64,000 nucleotides of DNA, taken from Chrysomallon squamiferum (Eukaryota; Animalia; Mollusca). The position numbers and the translations under genes are program-made. Positions 53,670 to 64,000 of the stretch are shown in pieces. The stretch's first letter is position 1. Each line of letters opens with the position of its first letter. Below the pieces are notes generated by a model. It was not told the DNA's origin and made no database searches. It saw only the letters and a list, made by a program, of their open reading frames with translations. The DNA lies in assembly GCA_012295275.1 (NCBI GenBank), contig CM022668.1:9858001-9922000 (forward strand), given 5' to 3'.

Positions 53670-55140
53670 TATATGTTACAGGACCAGGTGAAAGAACAGG
53701 TTCATTGGGTCGACGTCAGGTGTTTAACAGGTAAAATAGAAACTGACAAGAGATTACCAGCACTTTGCCTGGAGGTAAGCCAGTCAAAAGGTTATCATCA
53801 CATTGTCATCAATGTAAATGTAAAGTGTTCCACAGGTAAAAATAGGCGCAAGGCTGCCACCTCATTGACATCAAGAAATGTACAGGCAAATAAAATGGTC
53901 ACTGTGATATGCAGGTAAAAATTATTAAAAGGTTATCAGTATTATACAAATAACACTAGAAATTATCAACACCTATCATCCTCCATTAAACAAGTAAAAT
54001 GAAAGACAAAAGGAACATAAAAACACATCAACCAAAAGCTCCTGATAAAACTAATTGTTATTGTGGCACCAAATAAACCTATAAAATCAGTTAGCTGATA
54101 AATGACATTTCAGACAGCTTAAATGAAGAATTTTTGACTGCGTAAAATATGATGTGAAAAACAGTTGCATGTGATCTTGCAGACTGGGAGAAAAAAAAAA
54201 AAAAAAAGAAAAAAAAAAAGAAAAAAAATGGGTTAATTTCAAATTCGGTTAATGAAATTTTGAGACAGAAAAAAAAAAGAAGTAAATTATTTAGATATTT
54301 ATCAAGATGTAACTTTTTCAAATATTTCAGATTTGTATCAAATTTTGTCATAAATAGTTCAAATTTCACATTGCAGAGAGAGAAAAAAAAAAGTTAAGCA
54401 GCTGCCATTTTAAATTTACAAGTTTAGATATTTTACATTAATGTTTTATTGTTATTGTTTTTTTGTTTTTATTTATTTATTTATCAGACATATATAGATA
54501 CATACATCACACATTCCTACATACATATGTATATACAAATATACATACATACATACATACATATACATATATACATACAGTACATTGTACATTGATATAC
54601 ACATACATATATAACAAAGATAAAGAGAAACTAATATCACAAGACATGACAACTTTGGTTCTGAATAAAAACAGGAATCAAATTTCCTGTCTAAGTGTCT
54701 GCACAGTCTGGAATTTTAATCTGGTGGAAAAAAAGATTAAAAAGAATTGGACAAATCCTTCTTAAAAAGCTCGTCAACAGGAATGCGACCATACTCTCTT
54801 TCATGAAAACACATGTCATCAAATTTCACTTCTCACAAAGCTGATCAGAAATAAAGTTTTACCAAGTGAAACCTGATATAATTTAGTTATTTGAATACTG
54901 TACATACTTCACAAGTTTTCATCATATTTCATATTTTGTTGCAGAGAATGTGTGTGGTGTGTTTCTCTGTGTGTCTTTTACAGATACAAACATTCACCTA
55001 AATACAGAAAGATATGAAGAGGAGAGAGAGACAGACAGATATACATATATACAGAAAGAAAGACAAAGAATGTGAAAGAGTAAGTGATAGAAATATGAAA
55101 GCTTAAAAGAAACATGGAATATGTGGAGAAAGAACAAGAC

Positions 55141-55324
55141 AGATAGATCATAGAAAGAAACTGAGAATAAAAAAGTTACGAATACAACAAAAGAGAAACA
55201 TAGAGACATATTTTTAAACCCATTTTTATTTTAGATAGATCATAGAAAGAAACTGAGAATAAAAAAGTTACGAATACAACAAAAGAGAAACATAGAGACA
55301 TATTTTTAAACCCATTTTTATTTT
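55141..55324. repeat. Perfect 92-bp tandem duplication
   Basis: 55141-55232 is repeated at 55233-55324. Confidence 0.93.
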
Positions 55325-55849
55325 GTCATGTAGTAACAATTTTATAATTATTAACTTTGCTTTTGTTAACTTCTTCAAAGTGAAAAATTTGCTATATATA
55401 AACTCTTCACAGTTTTGTATTTTAATTTAAAAAAAAGAAAAAAAAAAAAAAACCAACTAATATTCAGATACTTATATTTCTTTTAACTTTTCTGATAACA
55501 AAATCCCCAGAGTAAAAGTATGTATTACCTGTCTCAAAAAAAAAAAATATATTTGTGTTAATTTTTTTGTTTATATTGAAGTTATTAAGTAATCAGATGG
55601 TTTAGGAGAATTAACTTTAACATGATTTTTTTTTTCAAATGTTTGTGGAGTCACGTCTCTCAGAGACAGAATTCATTGAGAAAACAGATTCAGGTCAGAG
55701 ACTGGTTGTGACATTTAACACAGATGAAATGATTAGACTTCCTCACATTTTTCATGTTAGAAATTTCACCTGACATTTTCTTATTTGTTAAAACATCTCT
55801 GAGTTTGTTTTTCAACTTCACACTCTGTTTCAATCAGTAGTCAACTGCT

Positions 55850-55913
<64 letters not shown>

Positions 55914-56506
55914 CATTGATATAGAACCTAGAAGCAATGTTAAAACATGTAGGAAGGTAATTTAAAAAAAAGAACAATATTACAAAATGAATTATGAAAA
56001 ACTAAAAACATTGTGAAGAAAATGTAGATGAAACAAGAAAGCAATGTAAAAATAATTAGAAAGACATTTAAAAATAGAAGATGAACATTTTTTTTTCGTA
56101 TTTGAAAAAAAAAAAGCATTTAAATACTTTACAGAGATCTATAACAGAATATACTAATACAGAGAAATGTTAGCAAGTGTTATTAAGTTCAAAATGAATC
56201 AAAAACATGCATTTAATGAAAGTTAAAATGTTTGACTAAATGTGTTTTATCTCCTGCTCCTTGACGCTCCTGATTTACAACTGGTCTCCTAATTGAGACA
56301 AGCACAAAATGCGAATAAGGCGTGTAATGGATGTACATTCTTTTCTAAAACTATCTTGGTATTCTTTTTAAATGATTATAATAAAAAAACTGAAGAATGT
56401 TTTCAGCAGTATGCTTCAGACTGTAATGTATATGTTTATGCAGATAAACATGTAATTTTAAGAATTTTGTCTGGGCAGAGTGACATACTGTATGCTGAAA
56501 TTTTAC

Positions 56507-56537
<31 letters not shown>

Positions 56538-56823
56538 GCAGGAATTTGTAATTGATAATGAGAATAATAAATAAAATTTAAATAACAACAACAACAAAGC
56601 AATTAAAAAAAATATATCAATATTTACTCCAGAACTAAGGACTTTATTTTTTTTTTTTAAATTTATCTTGTAACTCACATTTTAAGATGAGATTAGAAAA
56701 GTAAATTCACCCTGACCAGACAGTTCACATCTTTATCTTGCTCTGCATGTGTCCCCAGCAACATAAACATCCAGAGCTATGTACCACTTCATACTACTCT
56801 GTATTGCTCCACAAGAAAAAATG

Positions 56824-56855
<32 letters not shown>

Positions 56856-56859
56856 AAAC

Positions 56860-56891
<32 letters not shown>

Positions 56892-57097
56892 TGAAATGAG
56901 CTGATGACAATTTTGATATATCTCCTTATTAAGAAAACAGATAAAACAACAAGAACAACAAAATTAACAAAAAATAAAACAAAAAAATAAAATAATAAGA
57001 TCAAGAAAGAAACAACAACAATACCCACCAAAAAAATACAACAACCCAAATACAAACAACAATGCCGCACAACAAACTGAAATATAAATAAAAGGTA

Positions 57098-57128
<31 letters not shown>

Positions 57129-57269
57129 GAACTGCCATCAAGAACCAGTGTACGAAGTGATAAGATTTGTTCTGTATTAAATTTCTTCTTTTTCTTCTTT
57201 AACTCTGAACATTTCATTATCAAACTTTCTAATGTTTCTGCACACACTAAATCTCTGAAGCATCCTGTA

Positions 57270-57635
57270 GATCGGTGATAAACCACTTGACTTTGATCAC
57301 AAGATCACATCTCCCTGCTGTTCTCTTTGTATTATTTCCGTACAGCAACATGGTGTGTATGAGTTATGTATTTATAAAAGTAACCTATGTGGTGATGATT
57401 TCATTTCAGTGATAAACCTCTTGACTGAGCTGATAAAGATTACAAGATCAAATCTTCCTGGTGTTCCAGTTGCTTTATTTTATAATCAGTGGTGGTGTTT
57501 GAAAATTAAATATTTTTAGAGTAAACTGTGAGGTGACGATTTCATTTCAGTGATAAACCACTTGACTGAGGTGTGATAGGTCACATGATCAAAGCGTCTT
57601 GGTGGTCTTGTAGGATTGTTTTCCATGTCCTATAT
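57270..57635 (+). mobile_element. Three tandem SINE-head copies (~135-140 bp period)
   Basis: gtgataaacc(a/t)cttgact...aca(a/t)gatca at ~57275, 57409 and 57550. The third copy is the most complete. Confidence 0.65.
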
Positions 57636-58668
57636 GGTAGACATGATTTTCTTTCCATATATGGTACACAGTTTGTATTTGATACACAGTTTGTATTAAT
57701 ATTAAAATTTCATTTGTTCATTAATATCAAATAACTTCCCAACACATTTCTGTGTAGGCAATTTCCATTCATTTCTGTCAGACAGTAAGTTTTCTATGGT
57801 AATATGTTTCACTATAGATATCCTAATGAATTTTTCTGAAGTTTTATTTTTGTTCTGTTTCCTTTTGCATACAATGGCCTTTGTTTCATCCGAGTCTGAG
57901 CTATAGCTGGAAGGGAATATAATCTGCATGCATGAAGTTAACAAGCTGATTTAGGTTTTGCTAAACTCTGATCTACAAACCACACTAATGTAGTTTTAAT
58001 CAACAGTATACCTGTAATGAATGATGTACTGATATTTTGAACAGATATATATTTTTTCTCTCACTATGAATGAAAGCTCATCAACACACTCCACAAATAA
58101 AATATCTGCAGGGTGTGAACAAAAAGGCTTTGTTCTTTGAACTGGGTCACTTTTCATCTGTTATCTTTCAGCCATTCATAAATTTACTTCAGTTACTTGA
58201 AACAGCTTGAACGACCTATTACATAAACTTGACATTACACACGTACATTAAACAAGATATGTACCCATCTGTTATGTAAGATTGACTTAACTCAAGTAGG
58301 TGTGACACGGATAATCTCACTTGATATGATAGCTACCTGACTTCTAGTCCTTTGTTGCACACTCACGTACAGGCTTAGTCGGAGCAAATCCAGATTAATA
58401 ATTCTGTTAAGTCACTTGACGGATTACTGATGTAATGAAAGTTAAAACTGATTTGTTTTATTTTGTTTTTGATAAATCTTATTTTCTAGGCCGGTTTAGA
58501 ACATTTCAGTAATCTATAGCATTATAATAACATTAAAAGTTATTAATTATAATAAATCACACACACACACACACACACTCATACATGTGTATATATACAC
58601 ACACACATATACTTTCTCTGGTCTCATACACTGTTTTTTCTATGCTTTCTCATTTTCTATTTCATCCA

Positions 58669-58738
<70 letters not shown>

Positions 58739-59129
58739 TAATATAAAAGACATGTTGGCCAATATGAAGATAATAGCAGTGTCAGAGATGACAAAATATG
58801 CATAATGAAATTAAAACATATATACGTTTTTTTAAGACTATATATATATATATAGTCCAGATGCCTGCTTCCTGAAGACATATATTACAGGCTCATGTGG
58901 TTTTATTCTTTTCATACCACATAAAAAAAGCTACATTATAAGCTGTAGCTAATTATAACTGATAGATGCTCTAGACATTTTACTTATTCACTGATAACTT
59001 GTGGTTTATGAGTTTGGGAAGATGCACAGAGTGTGATTTTCTGATATAATATTTAGCTCACAGAACTTACTGACATTTAAATTATAGACACTTCTAAAAA
59101 CAGTTTGTAATAGAGTATGAAAATACACA

Positions 59130-59436
59130 AATATTCTGCTCTAACACTGAACTGTAATTTGCTCTTACATTTAACTATATTTTGTTCTAATATTGAACTG
59201 TAATTTGCTCTTACATTAAACTCTATTCTGTTCTAACACCAAAGTGTAATTTGTTCTTACATTTAACTATATTTTGTTCTAACACTGAACTGTAATTTGC
59301 TCTTACATTAAACTCTATTCTGTTCTAACACTAAACTGTAATTTGTTCTTACATTTAACTATATTTTGTTCTAACATTGAACTGTAATTTTCTCTTACAT
59401 TAAACTGTATTCTGTTCTAAAAGTGGACTATATTCT
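59130..59436 (-). repeat. 23/46-bp satellite, an inverted relative of the 61.9-63.2 kb array
   Basis: The reverse complement reads tacagttcagtgttagaacaaaatatagttaaatgtaagagcaaat. 46-bp period with a 92-bp alternation. Confidence 0.88.
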
Positions 59437-60465
59437 TTATTCACTGTGATTGTGCCTATGAGGCCTTTTTTAATGTGTCAGGTCTGATACAATGTAACAT
59501 GATAATTCTGCCTATGATAAGTTTGTTCTCTGTTATGTCTGATACATAAACATTGTTCTGCAATAACCCTGACAATAATTGAAGATATAAGAAAGTTGTT
59601 TTATGTACTCTGATAGTGTAAAGCATAAGAATGTTCTTATATGTCAAAGTAGATTTAATACAATACATAATACTGTTGTATGTCTAGTTGGCACAATGTA
59701 AAACATAAGAACAGTGTATCATGTTAAATCTGATAAATTCAACATCATACAATACATAGAGAACTTGCTTACCATAAGCATAATGTAATACACAGCATGA
59801 AAATCATGAATAAATCTTGATTTTCAGTTCATTTCCATCCTTTTTCTGGGTTTTTCATAACATAATCATGGTATTTAAGTGCTCTTCATTCCTTGACCAA
59901 ATGATATTAGTAAATCTGTATCATTTAGAAAATACAAGCAGGTATCTTAATACATGTTTTAATTTCTGTGGTTTTTGCATCTTTTCATAGACTTTTACTC
60001 AGTGTTCAAGAATGTGTTAAATAATTAAAAAAAAATATTATTTTTTCATTTGTTTTAAATTCTTGGTATTTTTTGTTATAGTTGTCTAGACAGATTTTAG
60101 TTATGGCAGTCTGGAGTGGACAAAGCAGTATGATTACATTAAACTGTCATTTACATAAATTTCACTGATAAATTTACTTAGCTTTTGATGTTAAATGTCA
60201 GCAGTATTATCTTGTTCACTTTTATAATGAAACTGATAAATTTCTCAATTACCTCTCTTAGATAAAGAACAGTGTTAAATGTTAATCTGAGAGATATTAC
60301 CATATCTATCTCTGTCCCAATTACTATTTCCTTATCTCTCTCCTTGTCTCATTTTCTGTCTCTTTCTTTTTTCTCTTTCTCTGTTTCTATTTTTTCTATC
60401 TTAATTTCATTTTCTTTTCTCTCTGTTCATTTCCTCATCTTCTCTCATATAGGCCTATATAAAGA

Positions 60466-60515
<50 letters not shown>

Positions 60516-61882
60516 CAAGTTTACTGTGTATTAAAACAAATTAACATATGCTGCATATTTAGATTAAATAGTTCTTATAGTGGTATCTAGAGTCCTCATT
60601 CTGTATCAGTTAAATGATAGCCTATTAGATATACATATTTTTCCTTAAGATAAGGAAAATATTAATAACTTTAATGCACTCACTAACCAGTACATTTGAT
60701 ATGTAATTTTTTATCTACTCATCCCAGACAAACACAGTTACATTAATTTGTACAACTCTAACATTTTGATGTTAATAATGTTTGAGAGAGATGTGTTTTA
60801 AAAGATAAAAAAAAAAAACATCACAAGATCACTGTGCTGAGCTGAATAACCTGTCTGATTTTATCTCTGAAATACTTGTATTCTACTCATTTCTGTAGAA
60901 GATGAAAATGAAAAACAAGAAGAATAAGACGCCAGCCTGTAGAAGTAATTATTGAGCTTGGAGTGAGGTGAAGATTTGCTAATATGACCAGTCTTTTTAC
61001 AAACAATTTTGCTAGTGATCTGGAACATGGTATGATAAAAATGAAAAGTTGATTTTCCCAATTCCAAATTGTTTCATTCATTTAGGCAACTTGGTGGAAA
61101 AAAAAAACATGTTTCCATACATCAGAATGTTCTGAACAAATGAGTAATGGGTAATGGCATGAATGGGTCAATGAATGATGGAGGGATAATCTAGTCTGAT
61201 TGGTTGAAATTTCCTATTCCCACCAATACTCTGCAATTAAATTTTTAAAGATCATATTTTTAACTGTCTGTAGAACTTGAAGGGTGCTAACAAGAGTAGT
61301 TCATGGACTGGCAGCCACAGCTACATCAGTTTGTGCACAGAATCTAACAACACATGTATGACATTCTGTGATATCTGCCAAACCTGCAGAGATGAAAGAA
61401 ACATTCTTTTCATATGCACACTGACAGATATGTTGTGTTTTACACCACTGATGTTATATGAATCAAATACAGAAATAGCGAGCTAAAATTTTTAGACGTT
61501 CCTTTCCTTTGTTTTATAGCAGAATATGATTGAAAGACCTAAGAAAAGAAATCTTGCAGGAAAATCTCTCATTGGTGTGTGAAGCTAATTGATTGTCAGT
61601 TTAAAACAGGAGAAGGAATTCTACACAGTCAGCTTTTCACTAAACTGCAGGATAAAACAGATTTAGGAAACATGACAGAATGCATAAACATCTTTACCTG
61701 CTCGTCCATCACAGCCAGGTGTTCATTTGTTACCTGTCGTAAATCATTAATGTCTCTTTCTACCTTCATTTACCTGCAATGATAACAAACAAGTGTGTCA
61801 GGGAAATTAACTGAATTTTATTTCAGTATGTTTATCTTTAGGCGTAAGTGAGATTCTTAATTTGTCTATTTTGATAATTGTG

Positions 61883-63235
61883 AGGGGTGTAATTCAGTGG
61901 TTGAGCAGTATGTACCTCAGTGTTAGAGTAGAATATAGCTCACTGTTAGATCAGTATATAGGTTTGTGTTAGAGCACAATACACCTCAGTATTAGAGTAG
62001 AATATAGCTCAGTGTTAGAGCAATATAGAGCTCTGTGTTAGACCACAACATAGCAGAGTATTAGAGCAAATTATAGTTCATTATTAGAACAGAATATAGT
62101 TCAGTGTTAGTGTAGAATATAGTTCAGTGTTAGTGTAGAATATAGTTCTGTGTTAGAGCAGAGTATAGTTAAATGAAAGAACTAATTATAGTTCAGTGTT
62201 TAGAGTAGAATAAAGCTCTGTTGGTGCAGAATATAGTTCAGCATAAGGGCAGACTACAGCTCAGTGTTAGTGTAGAATATAGTGTAAAAGCAGACTGCAG
62301 CTCAGTGTTAGTGTAGAATGCAGTTCAGTGTAAGAGCAGACTGCAGCTCAGTGTTAGTGTAGAATGTAGATCAGTGTAAGAGCAGTCTGCAGCTCAGTGT
62401 TAGTGTAGAATGCAGTTCAGTGTAAGAGCAGACTACAGCTCAGTGTTAGTGTAGAATGTAGTTCAGTGTAAGAGCAGACTGCAGCTCAGTGTTAGTGTAG
62501 AATGCAGTTCAGTGTAACAGCAGACTGCAGCTCAGTGTTAGTGTAGAATGCAGTTCAGTGTAAGAGCAGACTACACTAAGTAGAACGCAGTTCAGTGTAA
62601 GAGCAGACTGCAGCTCTGTGTTAGTGTAGAATGCAGTTCAGTGTAAGAGCAGACTGCAGCTCAGTGTTAGTGTAGAATGCAGTTCAGTGTAAGAGCAGAC
62701 TGCAGCTCAGTGTTAGTGTAGAATGCAGTTCAGTGTAAGAGCAGACTGCAGCTCAGTGTTAGTGTAGAATGCAGTTCAGTGTAAGAGCAGACTGCAGCTC
62801 AGTGTTAGTGTAGAATGTAGTTCAGTGTAAAAGCAGACTCAGCTCAGTGTTAACAGTTCAGTGTAAAAGCAGACTACAGCTCAGTGTTAGTGTAGAATGC
62901 AGTTCAGTGTAACAGTCTGCAGACTGCAGACTGCAGCTCAGTGTTAGTGTAGAACGCAGTTCAGTGTAAGAGCAGACTGCAGCTCAGTGTTAGTGTAGAA
63001 CGCAGTTCAGTGTAAGAGCAGACTGCAGCTCAGTGTTAGTGTAGAATGCAGTTCAGTGTAAGAGCAGACTGCAGCTCAGTGTTAGTGTAGAATGCAGTTC
63101 AGTGTAAGAGCAGACTGCAGCTCAGTGTTAGTGTAGAATGCAGTTCAGTGTAAGAGCAGACTGCAGCTCAGTGTTAGTGTAGAATTTAGTTCAGTGTAAG
63201 AGCAGACTACAGCTCAGTGTTGGAGCACTAGCTTC
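61883..63235 (+). repeat. 23-bp monomer / 46-bp dimer satellite (gcagctcagtgttagtgtagaat + gcagttcagtgtaagagcagact)
   Basis: Divergent monomers at 61.9-62.28 kb, homogeneous dimers at 62.29-63.2 kb. Confidence 0.97.
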
Positions 63236-64000
63236 AGGAGCTATATTTAATGATATCCACTTCCTTATACAATTCTGCATTTCTGTCTATGTATGCATTT
63301 ATTTATTATTTTATTATTTTATTATCACATACACACCCAGACTTTATCATTTTTTTGTAATAAAGAAAACTGAATTATATGTGAGTCTTCTTGCTGATTA
63401 GAAGAAAGGAATGTTTTATGTAAGTTTTTTAAAAGTCAGGTTAGGATATACCATAATATTTGATATCTGGAGGAATGGATATTTATGTGATATGAAATTT
63501 TTGGAAAAAATTAAAATAAAGACAAGCACTTTATTTCAGTGATTCACAACACATTTGATACTTTCTGTGTGTACATTTAAAACCTTTTTTTATTAAATAT
63601 TTCTCTCAGTTTCAAGCGACTTTTTCCTTTAAACTAAATCCATTTTTTTTTTTTTCAGTTTTATTTATTTATTTTGCACATGTTGAGAAGTTTTTGTTAA
63701 TAATATCCTAGCTGGGGATAAACATAGATAAGATCTGAGAGAGAGAGAGAGAAAAAAGAAAATGTAGACATTTTTATTTTCATAAATAATGAGTCATCTG
63801 ATAATAGCAGTGTAAAAAAGAAATTTAATAACTCATTTCTGAGAAAGGTGAAATCAAGGTAATTTCCTTTCCTGGCTAAACAGAAATCATTAAGTTTTCA
63901 CTTTGCTAAGAGACGCTTGAATATAAAATTATAAATGTTGCTGTGACATTTTTGTTATGAAAATTTCTTTATTTTGTTACTGTTTTGATATCAAATCACT

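Noticed and set aside
60861-61782. Short ORFs and acceptor-like sites as further exons of gene 2
   Set aside because: Phase-1 reading from the acceptors at ~60898 and ~61273 hits stops within a few codons.
61883-63235. CRISPR-like appearance of the regular repeats (also 22.6-26 kb and 50.3 kb)
   Set aside because: There are no unique spacers and no cas genes, and the context is eukaryotic. These are plain tandem satellites.

Overview
This is AT-rich, microsatellite-dense animal genomic DNA. It is probably molluscan (gastropod-like), an inference from the SINE style. There are no prokaryotic features. The window has three compositional domains by eye: CpG-poor ~1-17.5 kb, CpG-normal ~17.5-45 kb and CpG-poor ~45-64 kb. 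The left domain holds the last two coding exons of an unidentified + strand gene (4531-4681 and 5230-5693). These join in frame and end in the PDZ-type motif -STDL, possibly followed by a ~12 kb 3' UTR. On the opposite strand of that region is a decayed, internally duplicated TRIM (RING/B-box) pseudogene. The right domain starts with a signal-peptide first exon (44376-44475) and a 36-nt phase 1-1 micro-exon (48992-49027) of a secreted or receptor protein gene that continues past the window. The spacer contains a 3.3 kb 60-bp satellite, a hAT-like MITE, promoter-like motif islands and tandem CTCF-like sites. Many decayed tRNA-derived SINE copies are scattered throughout. A 23/46-bp satellite appears to be an amplified SINE/tRNA A-box. 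Nearly all ORFs in the supplied track are repeat-derived artefacts. All calls were made by eye, without database searches.
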